A stretch of DNA of 64,000 nucleotides from Saccharofermentanales bacterium. GTDB lineage: Bacteria > Bacillota > Clostridia > Saccharofermentanales > DTU023. The stretch covers positions 27,927 to 91,926 of the forward strand of contig JBBAEW010000002.1 in assembly GCA_041655695.1 (NCBI GenBank). Reading direction: 5' to 3'. Position numbers and translations under genes: made by a program. The first letter of the stretch is position 1. Each line of letters starts with the position of its first letter. Below the pieces are notes generated by a model. It did not search any database. It saw nothing but the letters and a program-made list of their open reading frames with translations, and was not told the DNA's origin. Shown piece after piece: positions 44,473 to 53,453 of the stretch.

Positions 44473-46398
44473 TCAGGGGCGGCCGGCTGAACCTTCCGGC
44501 TGACATGCCGGTTCGATCAGCGAATCAATATTCTTCCCGCGGATGGACTGCCAGCTAGCCTTGGAGCAGGCAAAATAGTGCTCGATGGCGGCCAGTTCAA
44601 CGCCTCTGCGGATCTTCATGGTCGTCGTCTTGACCATGTCCTGGAGGCTGAAGAAGTAGGAACGGATCTCCTTGAAGGAGGGCAGGCCGCGATTGACTTC
44701 GGAGATGACCTGGGCCAGGGCCCGGGCCATTTCTTCCTCGGTCGGGTCACGCTGGAGCTCTTCGCGCATCTTGTCGCGGTCAACCACAACCTTGGCTGTG
44801 ATAATGACATCGCCGCCAACGCCCGGATGGGCGAAGACCAGGGCGTCGCGAACCATACCATGGCGGTAGAGCAAAGCTTCGATCTCTTCGGGGAAAACCT
44901 TCTTGCCCGAGGACAAAACGATCATGGACTTGCTGCGGCCGGTGATAACCAGGCTCTTCTTCCTGGTAAAGCGGCCGATGTCGGCAGTGTGCAGCCAACC
45001 GTCCGCATCGATCATTTCAGCGGTCGCCTCCGGGTCGTTGAGATAACCTTTCATGACGATGTCCGAACGGACCAGAATCTCCCCTTCGCCCTTGCCCCCG
45101 TTGTCTATGGCCACTTCAACGCCGGACAGGGGGTGGCCCACGGTTGCGAATTCATTAACCCGGGTGTTGCCCCCGCTGACAACCGGTGAAGCCTCGGTCA
45201 AGCCGTAGCCTGCCAGTACTTCAATACCGATGGCCCGGAAAAACTTCAAGGTGTCCAGCTCAACGGGAGCCGCTCCGCAGATAATGAACTGCAGCCGGCC
45301 TCCCAGCTTGTCCAGGACTTCTTTCATAAGCTTGCGCCGGATATCGATCCCCAGCTTATAAAGGAGGGTGGAGATCTTCATGCCCAGTTTAAGCTTCTTC
45401 TCCTGGCCGCTTTTGGCCGCTTCACTCATGACCCGCCGGAAAATAGCGTCCAGGACAGCCGGCACCACTACGGTCAGATGGACCTTGTATTCTTCAAGGT
45501 TCTTGCCGATATAACGCAAGCCGTCGAAGACGTGGATGGACCCGCCGAAAGACAGAACCGTCAGGAAACCGCAGGTGTTCTCGAAGGCGTGGTGGAGCGG
45601 CAGTATGGACAGGGTTGCCAGGGGGTCAGGAAAGGAGACGGACCCCAGGAGGGCCCGGACATCCGCTGTGATGGACCGATCCGTTAAAATGGCGGCCTTG
45701 GAAGTCGAGCTGGTACCTGAAGTAAAGAGGATGGCGGCATCGTCGCCGGGATCGGCAGCGGACATAAGCTCCGGCTCCCCGACAGGATCTGGCATGGCTT
45801 CCAGAACCTGGTCCAGGACAAAGAGATTGGGGTCGGCCGAACTCTCCATTTCGATGGCATCCCGCAGTTCCGGGGAGGCCAGGCCGCGGTCCATGACCGC
45901 CCGGTGGGTCAGGAAGGGCAGGTTATCGCAGACAGCGCTGACATAGGTATGCCAGGAAGCGTCGTAGACGAAAAGAACCGATTCACTGCGCTCCAGGATG
46001 GGTTCGACTTCATGGGGTTTCAGCAGGCGGTCAATGGGAACGATTACGCCAAAACCCGAAGCCACGGCCAGCCAGGTCACCATCCACAGATAGCTGTTCT
46101 CCCCAATCAGGGCGATGCGGCTCCCCTTGGGCAGCTGTGAGCTCAGCCAAGACTGCATCTTGGAGACATCCTGGGCCAATTGCCGGTAAGTCTTCGAAAT
46201 GATTTCCGTATCGCGCGGCCGGGCACGCCAGCGGACAGCGTCACGGTCGGGATAAATCTGATAGCCTCGCAGGACAATATCCCGCAGGGAATGGATGGGA
46301 GGAACCTTGTACCAGGTCTTCCCCGTGACGATCTGAAGCTTGGAGCCGGAATTTTGGCCGGCCTTCCCTTCCTTCAGCTGTTTTTGACTGTTTGTCAT
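44473..46398 (-). CDS. AMP-binding acyl-CoA synthetase (long-chain fatty-acid--CoA ligase type)
   Basis: AILFTSGTSSTSKAA (AMP motif I), GYGLTE, TGD-like LHTADIG, C-terminal KIRR. Confidence 0.8.
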   Translation of the reverse strand: MTNSQKQLKEGKAGQNSGSKLQIVTGKTWYKVPPIHSLRDIVLRGYQIYPDRDAVRWRARPRDTEIISKTYRQLAQDVSKMQSWLSSQLPKGSRIALIGENSYLWMVTWLAVASGFGVIVPIDRLLKPHEVEPILERSESVLFVYDASWHTYVSAVCDNLPFLTHRAVMDRGLASPELRDAIEMESSADPNLFVLDQVLEAMPDPVGEPELMSAADPGDDAAILFTSGTSSTSKAAILTDRSITADVRALLGSVSFPDPLATLSILPLHHAFENTCGFLTVLSFGGSIHVFDGLRYIGKNLEEYKVHLTVVVPAVLDAIFRRVMSEAAKSGQEKKLKLGMKISTLLYKLGIDIRRKLMKEVLDKLGGRLQFIICGAAPVELDTLKFFRAIGIEVLAGYGLTEASPVVSGGNTRVNEFATVGHPLSGVEVAIDNGGKGEGEILVRSDIVMKGYLNDPEATAEMIDADGWLHTADIGRFTRKKSLVITGRSKSMIVLSSGKKVFPEEIEALLYRHGMVRDALVFAHPGVGGDVIITAKVVVDRDKMREELQRDPTEEEMARALAQVISEVNRGLPSFKEIRSYFFSLQDMVKTTTMKIRRGVELAAIEHYFACSKASWQSIRGKNIDSLIEPACQPEGSAGRP

Positions 46399-46417
46399 TG
46401 GCTGCGTTCTCCTGTGA

Positions 46418-46939
46418 TCAATGAGGATAGAGATTGTTATACAAAATACTGTGTGAAAGGGTGACGCCGACGATCAGGAGAAGGGCCACGATCGCGATCA
46501 GGATACCCGCCACACCCAAGGCCGCTCCATCTCTTTGACGCCGTCTGGAAATATGTACGCCGATAGGCGTCAAAATAAACCCCAGGAGGGCGAAGAGGGC
46601 GCTGGCACCGCCAAGGCCGATGGCGGCATAGTAGTAGTAACGAAGGAGGAATTCAACTGAACCGTCATAGAAGATGTAGTTGGAAAAGGCTTCCTTGAAC
46701 AAAGGCAGAAGGAAGAGAGCCAGCAGGCTTGAGGTAAAACCGAAGCCCGTGATTCCGGGAACACCGATGCGGGCTTTTTTCTCTTTTTTAGGCGAAGCGG
46801 GCGGTGCCGGCATGGGCACAGCGTACTGGTAAGGCTCTTGAACAGGCGGCATAGGAACAGGCGGCATAGGAGCCGGCGGCACATAATCGGAACTGTCCAT
46901 TTGCGGCTGGTCGTTGGGGATCAAAATTTCGTCTGTCAT
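46418..46939 (-). CDS. Pro-rich N-terminus plus multi-TM membrane protein
   Basis: PPAPMPPVPMPPVQEP linker followed by three or four hydrophobic helices. No family recognised. Confidence 0.45.
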   Translation of the reverse strand: MTDEILIPNDQPQMDSSDYVPPAPMPPVPMPPVQEPYQYAVPMPAPPASPKKEKKARIGVPGITGFGFTSSLLALFLLPLFKEAFSNYIFYDGSVEFLLRYYYYAAIGLGGASALFALLGFILTPIGVHISRRRQRDGAALGVAGILIAIVALLLIVGVTLSHSILYNNLYPH

Positions 46940-47078
46940 GAAATGTTCCTTTCTGGCGGATGCTTGCCTCTCTCGTGTGGTTTGCGCGTATTATCTCATA
47001 CAAAGAGGCCATGATAGCCCCCATTTGTAACCAGCTTGCCAAAAGACACATTCCGGTTGCAGCTGTGTCAAGGTATCT

Positions 47079-48035
47079 TCATGATTGCCCGGACGGGAAG
47101 TCTGAAAAGAGGCGATTAAAGATCAGATTGATCTGGGTCTGCCCCTCGGAGACCAGCTGTTCGTAGCGATCCAGCAGCTCCCTGCCTGCTGCCGTCAATT
47201 TACTGCTGCCGCCCTCCTGGCCGCCAGGTCTCCGGTCAATGACCGCTACCCCCAGTTCTTCCTCCAAAAGATTGAGGATTTGCCAGCCCTTGCTGTAGGA
47301 GAGTTTCATACGGACGCAGGCCGTGCGGACCGAACCCGTCTCATCGATCAGACGCAGGAGGGTGGCAGGTCCCGGCCCGAAAAAGATGGAATCCCTGGCC
47401 AGGCTCAATTTAACCCTGGGCCGCATGGGCAGCAGGCCGGCGCTGTCTTCTCGCTTGTCCGGGGTGTCTTCTCCCTCCTCCTGTCCGGTCTGGCTCAAAA
47501 CTCCCGGATCCCCTACGGTCAGGAACTCGACCGGGCCCGCCGCCAGGGAGGGAAGGCCGGTCAATTCACCGCCGCCTCTTGCCTGGACAGCCCTTTGGAT
47601 CAATTCCCGGCGGATGGCAATCGGCAGGCCCTTTTCTTCCTGGTAGACAGGAACCGTCAGATCCTGGGATGATTCCAGGAGCGAGCGAATGGTTTCCGTC
47701 CGCACAGAGGGGATCCCTGAGGTTGCCAGGAGGATTTTCTGGCAGGAAGGACAGGTCCGCCAGGCGTAGTCCAGGCCTATTCTCGCGTCTTCCAGGTCGC
47801 TTGAGTCCCGCCAGCCGGGGTTGTTGAGGCAGATAACGCCCATTTTGCCCAGCTGGCGTTCCAGGGCCTCATTGTCATAACCGGTTATGACAATGACGGG
47901 AGCCAGTCCAACCGTCTGAAAACGGATGATAAGCCGTTCAATGGAAGCTGCCAGGTCATCTGCCGGTCTGGCCGCGACAATGATGGCAGCGCCGCGCCTA
48001 TAGGGATCCTGGCCTTGTTTTTTGGTCTTGACCAT
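47079..48035 (-). CDS. MocA/YgfJ-like (MobA-fold) domain fused to a ModE-type winged-helix DNA-binding domain
   Basis: VIVITGYDNEALERQL...ICLNNPGW parallels MocA. C-terminal GPGPATLLRLIDETGSVRTACVRMKLSYSKGWQILNLLEEELG matches the ModE N-terminal HTH. Confidence 0.6.
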   Translation of the reverse strand: MVKTKKQGQDPYRRGAAIIVAARPADDLAASIERLIIRFQTVGLAPVIVITGYDNEALERQLGKMGVICLNNPGWRDSSDLEDARIGLDYAWRTCPSCQKILLATSGIPSVRTETIRSLLESSQDLTVPVYQEEKGLPIAIRRELIQRAVQARGGGELTGLPSLAAGPVEFLTVGDPGVLSQTGQEEGEDTPDKREDSAGLLPMRPRVKLSLARDSIFFGPGPATLLRLIDETGSVRTACVRMKLSYSKGWQILNLLEEELGVAVIDRRPGGQEGGSSKLTAAGRELLDRYEQLVSEGQTQINLIFNRLFSDFPSGQS

Positions 48036-48052
48036 GCCGGCGCCTTACCTGA

Positions 48053-50626
48053 TCAATCGCTTTTCTTCTTCCTGTAGAAGGTGTCCTCCATGGGCAGGCT
48101 GGTACGCATCCGGCCGTCCAGGCGGAAATAGGCGTGGGCCACAGAGGGGGCGATGGGGATACAGGCCAGCTCACCGATTCCCCGGGCCCCGTAGGCCACA
48201 TCGACATAGCCCGGCCCCTTGACGATGTGGGTTTCAATCTCGGGAACCCTGTTGGCCCGGAAGAGGCCGTAGGTACCCAGTTTGAACTGGGGGATGCCGC
48301 CCGGGTTGGCAAAGTCCTCGGTCAGGGCATAACCCAGGCCCATGACGCAGCCGCCCTCGATCTGGCCTTCCACGGCAGTCCGGTTGACGGGAGTTCCCAC
48401 GTCATAGGCGCCGACCATCTTCTGGATCTGTCCCTTCTCATCCAGGACGGTCACCTCACAGCCGTAGCTGTAGCCGATGTGGCTGATGGGATTCTCCTTG
48501 GCCGAACCCAGGGGATCTGTCGGCGGGCCGAATTCGCCGAAGAATTCCATGCCTTCCATTTTGCCAAGATCCCCTCCGACAGCTTCCAGGGCCGCCTTCA
48601 GGTCTTCTGCCGCCTGGCGGGTGGCTTCGCCGGTGAAGAGAGTCTGGCGGGATGCCGTGCTGGTGCCGGCATCCGGTGTCCGGTCTGTGTCAGGCAGTTC
48701 ATAGACTGTATGGCTGACGTCACAGTCCAGCGTCTGACAAACAATGGAGGTCACAACCTGGGCCACCCCCTGGCCTGAGCAGGCGGCCGAAGTGCGGATA
48801 TGGATCTTACCGCCCTCGACCGAAAGGATGCAGCGGCCGAAGTCGGGGACCCCGACCCCCAGTCCGCTGTTCTTGAAGCTGCAGGCAATCCCTGTATAGG
48901 GACTGGACTCATAGGCTTCCCTGACTGCTTCCAGACACTCGGCCAGGCCGCAGCTGGGGTCCACGATCTGGCCGTTGGGCAGGACGTCGCCTGGCCTGAC
49001 CGCATTCAGGAAGCGGAATTCCCATGGATCCATGCCGCATTTGGCGGCCAGGAGGTTGAGGTTGCACTCCATGGCATAGGCGCTCTGCGTGACACCGAAA
49101 CCGCGGAAGGCGCCGGATACAACATTGTTTGTGTAAACGGCCCTGCCCGAAATATCGATGTTCTGGAAATTATAGGGGCCGGCGGCGTGGGTGCAGGCCC
49201 GCTGGGTGACCGGCCCTCCCAGAGAGGCATAGGCGCCCGTATCGGCGATGATTTCAGCGATCAGGGCTGTTACACGCCCTTTTTCGTCACAGGAGGTAGT
49301 CATCTTCATGGTCATGGGATGCCGCTTGGTGTGAACCAGGGTGCTTTCATAGCGGGACAGGCGGACATTGACCCGGCGGCCGGTTTTCCAGGCCAGGAGG
49401 GCGGCATGGTGCTGGACACTCATGTCTTCGCGGCCGCCGAAGGCACCGCCGACCAGGGCGGACCGGATATGGACGCGCTCAGGCTCCAGCTTGAGCATCA
49501 TGGAGATCTCGCGCTGTTCATCGTAAATGGACTGGGAGGCCGTGATCAGATGGACTCCGCCGTCCTCGGCAGGCCAGGCGATGGCGCACTCAGGTTCAAG
49601 AAAGGCATGCTCCTGCCAGGAGACCCGGTAGGTTTCAGTTACCACGTGGGCTGCCTCCCGGACTGCCTTGTGGGCATCCCCCCGGACCAGGCGTTCGCTG
49701 GAGAGGATGTTGCCCTTTTCATGAATCCTGGGAGCCCCGTCTTTCATGGCTTCAAAGGGATCCAGGACCGGCTCCAGGACTGTGTAATCGACCTTGATCA
49801 GGTCCAGGACCTCCTGGAGACTTTCCCGCTTGCCGGTGGCAACCAGGGCCACGGCATCGCCTATGTAGCGGGTGATCTCCCCTTGCGGGATCATGACATC
49901 CCAGTCGGGGATCAGGTGGCCGATCTTGTTGTTGGGCACATCCGTCGCCGTGAGAACTGCGATGCAGTCAGGGTGTTCCAGGGCTTTGGAGATATCAATC
50001 CGGTCCACACGGGCGCGCGGATAGGGCGTACGAAGGGCCCGCCCGTAAACCATGTCGTCAAAGCGGTAGTCGTCGGGGAACTTGCCGGTACCCAGAACCT
50101 TTTCCATGACATCGATCCGGGGGGACCGGTCACCGACCCGGGCTTCATCCCCCTCCGGAGGAAGGGCTTCATCCGTCCGCAGGAAGCGGGCCGCCAATTC
50201 AATGGCATCGATGATTTTCTTATAACCCGTGCAGCGGCAGAGGTTGCCCGTAATGACCCGGGCAATCTCCTCCCGGCTGGGGTCGGGGTTTTTGTCAAGG
50301 AGAACCTTGGCTGCCATGACCATGCCCGGCGTACAGAAGCCGCACTGGACTGCTCCGCATTCAGCGAAGCTATGGACGTAAACTTCCCGCTCCCTGGGGC
50401 TCAGCCCTTCGACCGTTGTAATCTCTGCGCCGTCCAGGCGGGAGAGATTCATCAGGCAGGACTTGATCAGCTTGCCGTCGGCCACGACCGAACAGGTGCC
50501 GCAGGTGCCTTCGCTGCAGCCATCCTTGACCGATGTCAGACCCAGATCTTCGCGCAGAAAATCGATCAGCCGCTTATCCTCGGCAAGCTTATAGGCTTGC
50601 CGGTTGACCGTAATTGTCCAGGACAT
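48053..50626 (-). CDS. Molybdopterin-dependent hydroxylase with N-terminal [2Fe-2S] domains (xanthine dehydrogenase / aldehyde oxidoreductase family)
   Basis: CSEGTCGTCSV and CRCTGY [2Fe-2S] motifs, then an approximately 700-aa Moco domain (GGAFGGRE). Single 857-aa polypeptide. Confidence 0.85.
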   Translation of the reverse strand: MSWTITVNRQAYKLAEDKRLIDFLREDLGLTSVKDGCSEGTCGTCSVVADGKLIKSCLMNLSRLDGAEITTVEGLSPREREVYVHSFAECGAVQCGFCTPGMVMAAKVLLDKNPDPSREEIARVITGNLCRCTGYKKIIDAIELAARFLRTDEALPPEGDEARVGDRSPRIDVMEKVLGTGKFPDDYRFDDMVYGRALRTPYPRARVDRIDISKALEHPDCIAVLTATDVPNNKIGHLIPDWDVMIPQGEITRYIGDAVALVATGKRESLQEVLDLIKVDYTVLEPVLDPFEAMKDGAPRIHEKGNILSSERLVRGDAHKAVREAAHVVTETYRVSWQEHAFLEPECAIAWPAEDGGVHLITASQSIYDEQREISMMLKLEPERVHIRSALVGGAFGGREDMSVQHHAALLAWKTGRRVNVRLSRYESTLVHTKRHPMTMKMTTSCDEKGRVTALIAEIIADTGAYASLGGPVTQRACTHAAGPYNFQNIDISGRAVYTNNVVSGAFRGFGVTQSAYAMECNLNLLAAKCGMDPWEFRFLNAVRPGDVLPNGQIVDPSCGLAECLEAVREAYESSPYTGIACSFKNSGLGVGVPDFGRCILSVEGGKIHIRTSAACSGQGVAQVVTSIVCQTLDCDVSHTVYELPDTDRTPDAGTSTASRQTLFTGEATRQAAEDLKAALEAVGGDLGKMEGMEFFGEFGPPTDPLGSAKENPISHIGYSYGCEVTVLDEKGQIQKMVGAYDVGTPVNRTAVEGQIEGGCVMGLGYALTEDFANPGGIPQFKLGTYGLFRANRVPEIETHIVKGPGYVDVAYGARGIGELACIPIAPSVAHAYFRLDGRMRTSLPMEDTFYRKKKSD

Positions 50627-50670
50627 CTTCTTCCTCCTCCGATGGATGAATCAGGGTAATCAAAACAAAA

Positions 50671-52074
50671 TCAACGGATGTCCATTTGGGGCAGGCCCCT
50701 TGTGAGATAGCGGCCATCCGCCTCTTCAATGACAATTTTACCAGATGCCACCTTGCGCCTGCCCCGCAGGAAGACATCGCGGACCCTGCCTTCCATCTCA
50801 AATCCTTCATAAGGGGTGTAGTCGCAATTCTCATGCAGATGGTCCGAAGAAACCGTCCAGAGGGCCCTGGGATCAAAGACCACGATATCGGCGTCACTGC
50901 CGGCCAGCAGGATGCCCTTGCGGGGATAGAGGCCGAAGTATTGAGCGGCATTGGTAGCGCTTATGACGGAGAGGCGGTTGATATCCAGGCGGCCTTTGGC
51001 AACGCCGTACGAATAGAGCAAATGGAGGCGGAGTTCGATCCCCGGCGCCCCGTTGGGGATCCTGGAGAAATCATCCCGGCCCATGTCCTTTTGACCCGCG
51101 AAATTGAAGGAACAGTGGTCAGTTCCTACAAACTGGATTTCGCCGGAGGCCAGGCCGCTCCAGAGCGCTTCCTGGTCACGGCGCTCCCGCAAGGGGGGGC
51201 TCATGATGAATTTGGCCCCTTCAAAGCCTTCATCGGACGGCGTCCCGTAGCGGGAGGCATCCAGAACCAGATACTGGGGGCAGGTCTCAACAATGATGCC
51301 GATGCCGCGCGACCGGCCCCGGTTGATAGCTGCCAGGCCCTTGGCCGTAGAAAGATGGACGATATGGTGCCTGGCGTGGAGGAAGTGGTTGACTGCCTCC
51401 AGGCGGACGATGGCCTCCTCTTCCAGTTCAGGCGGCCGGGTCAGCTGATGATAGTAGGGGGACAGGTGGCCCGCCTCCCTGTAGCGCCTGACCAGAAGAT
51501 CGATCAGAAGGCCGTTTTCACAATGGAAGCCGATGGTGGCGCCCAGGCGGTTGGACTCTTCCAGGGCCTCATAGATCTCATCTTCCTGGACCATCATATT
51601 GTCCTTGTAGGCCATGTAGAGCTTGAAGGAGCTGACGCCATCCCGGACCACCGACTCCATCTCAGCCTTCAGGTCTTTGTTCCACTCGGTCAGAGCCATG
51701 TGGAAGCCGTAGTCGATGGAACAGCGGCCGTCCGCCTTCTCATGCCATCGCTTCAAGCCCTGGGCCATGGACTGGCCGTGGAACTGGGTGGCAAAGTCAA
51801 GCACGGTTGTCGTTCCGCCCGCCAGGGCGGCCCGGGTACCTGTCGCGAAGTCGTCAGCCGTTACCGTCCCCATGGACTCCAGCTGCAGGTGGGTGTGGGT
51901 TTCGATGCCGCCGGGCAGAAAGTAATGACCGCTGCAGTCGATGACCGTCTCACCCGGATTGGGGGTCAGCTGACCCAGATCCTCGATCTTCTCTCCCCGG
52001 ATCCGGATGCTGCCCCGGATGGTCTCCTGGGGGCGGACGATGAAACCGTCCTTCAGAAATACGCTTTCTTCCAT
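50671..52074 (-). CDS. hyuA: Cyclic amidohydrolase (D-hydantoinase / dihydropyrimidinase, HyuA-like)
   Basis: PGGIETHTHL metal-binding motif, SFKLYMAYK (carboxylated Lys region), 467 aa. Confidence 0.85.
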   Translation of the reverse strand: MEESVFLKDGFIVRPQETIRGSIRIRGEKIEDLGQLTPNPGETVIDCSGHYFLPGGIETHTHLQLESMGTVTADDFATGTRAALAGGTTTVLDFATQFHGQSMAQGLKRWHEKADGRCSIDYGFHMALTEWNKDLKAEMESVVRDGVSSFKLYMAYKDNMMVQEDEIYEALEESNRLGATIGFHCENGLLIDLLVRRYREAGHLSPYYHQLTRPPELEEEAIVRLEAVNHFLHARHHIVHLSTAKGLAAINRGRSRGIGIIVETCPQYLVLDASRYGTPSDEGFEGAKFIMSPPLRERRDQEALWSGLASGEIQFVGTDHCSFNFAGQKDMGRDDFSRIPNGAPGIELRLHLLYSYGVAKGRLDINRLSVISATNAAQYFGLYPRKGILLAGSDADIVVFDPRALWTVSSDHLHENCDYTPYEGFEMEGRVRDVFLRGRRKVASGKIVIEEADGRYLTRGLPQMDIR

Positions 52075-52083
52075 GCTTACCTC

Positions 52084-53406
52084 TTAGAGATTGGGCCAGA
52101 TGAGGGCGGCCCGTTCAGCGGTGCGGGCAAAGATCCTCTCTTCGTCCACAGTCAGGATCTGGCGGTCCCGCATGACTGCCTGGCCGTTGATGACCACATC
52201 ATTGGTCATGCGGCCGTAGCCGCCGAAGAGCAGGTGGCCCTTCCAGTTGTCTCCTCCGAAAGGTGTGAAGGGGAAGTAGTCAAGTGTAATGACATCCGCG
52301 TAGGCACCCTCTTTGAGGACGCCCAGGGGCTTCCTGAAGTGGAGGGCGGCGATGGCCGGGTTGCCCTCATACTGCAGCTGCAGGGCCTGGCCGAAGCCCA
52401 CGGTGGGATCCGACAGGCGATGTGACTGCAGAATCTTGGAAACCTTGACTGATTCGAACATATCGTGGGTATAGGCATCCGTTCCCAGGCCCAGACGGAT
52501 TCCCCGCCGCAGCATACCCAGGACCGGGGTCGCTCCGACCGCGTTGCCCATATTGGACATGGGGTTGTGGACCACACTGGTATCGGTCTCTGCCAGAATA
52601 TCCAGTTCGCGGCCGTTGACATTGACTGCGTGGATGGCCAGGGTCTTGGGGCCCAGAAGTCCCCAGCCCAGAAGCCGTTCGGTCACCCGCATATCGTATT
52701 TGCCCAGGCTGTCTGTCTGGTCTTCGCGGCCTTCCCCCACATGAATGTGGTAGCCGGCATCCAGACCCTCCATGGCGGTCTTGACCTTTTCCATGGTTTT
52801 GTCGGAGATGGTGAAGGAGGCGTGCATGCCGAACATGCCCTTGATCATGTCCTGTTCATCCGTATTCATGGCCCGGATAAAGTCGATGTTTTCCTTGATC
52901 TCTTTTTCCGCGATCTTGACCCCGTCCCGGTCCGACAGCTCCATGGCAAAGGAGCCCCGGATCCCGATCTTTTTGGCGGCTTCCGCCAGGGTGAAGAGGG
53001 ATCCCTCCGCCGCGTGGGGGCTGGCGTGATGATCAAAAAGGGTGGTGACGCCGTTGCGGATGCTGTCAATGTAAGTGGTGTAGGCGGACAGCTCATTGTC
53101 CTCCATGGTCAGGCTGCGGTCCAGGGCCCACCAGAGATTCTTCAGGATCTCGGGGAAATTGCGGGTGGGCCGGGAGACTCCCATGCCCCTGGCATAGGAA
53201 CTGTAAATATGTGTGTGGGCATTGATCATGCCGGGCATGATCAGGCGGCCCTCCGCGTCCAGGACCTCATCGTCCGGGTATTTGTCCCTGATTTCCTTCC
53301 AGCTGCCCACCGCATCGATCACCTGGCCCTGGATCCGAACAGCTCCCTGCTCGAAATAGGGGTGATCTGGGTCGTTGGTCACTAATCTGCCGTTTCCGAT
53401 AATCAT
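52084..53406 (-). CDS. ssnA: SsnA-type putative aminohydrolase
   Basis: PGMINAHTHIYSS and amidohydrolase-fold motifs. 440 aa, the same size and position as E. coli SsnA. Confidence 0.8.
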   Translation of the reverse strand: MIIGNGRLVTNDPDHPYFEQGAVRIQGQVIDAVGSWKEIRDKYPDDEVLDAEGRLIMPGMINAHTHIYSSYARGMGVSRPTRNFPEILKNLWWALDRSLTMEDNELSAYTTYIDSIRNGVTTLFDHHASPHAAEGSLFTLAEAAKKIGIRGSFAMELSDRDGVKIAEKEIKENIDFIRAMNTDEQDMIKGMFGMHASFTISDKTMEKVKTAMEGLDAGYHIHVGEGREDQTDSLGKYDMRVTERLLGWGLLGPKTLAIHAVNVNGRELDILAETDTSVVHNPMSNMGNAVGATPVLGMLRRGIRLGLGTDAYTHDMFESVKVSKILQSHRLSDPTVGFGQALQLQYEGNPAIAALHFRKPLGVLKEGAYADVITLDYFPFTPFGGDNWKGHLLFGGYGRMTNDVVINGQAVMRDRQILTVDEERIFARTAERAALIWPNL

Positions 53407-53453
53407 CTTGATTCCTCCCAGTCAAGCCGCAGTCAGCGGCGGATGTCATCTGC

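Noticed and set aside
48800-52425. Very long plus-strand ORFs (619 aa at 48800-50659; 579 aa at 50686-52425).
   Set aside because: They run antisense to well-supported minus-strand genes (Mo hydroxylase, hydantoinase, SsnA). Their products are low-complexity and rich in G/A/D/P/R, with no motifs and no SDs. This is the typical stop-codon-poor antisense frame of high-GC DNA.
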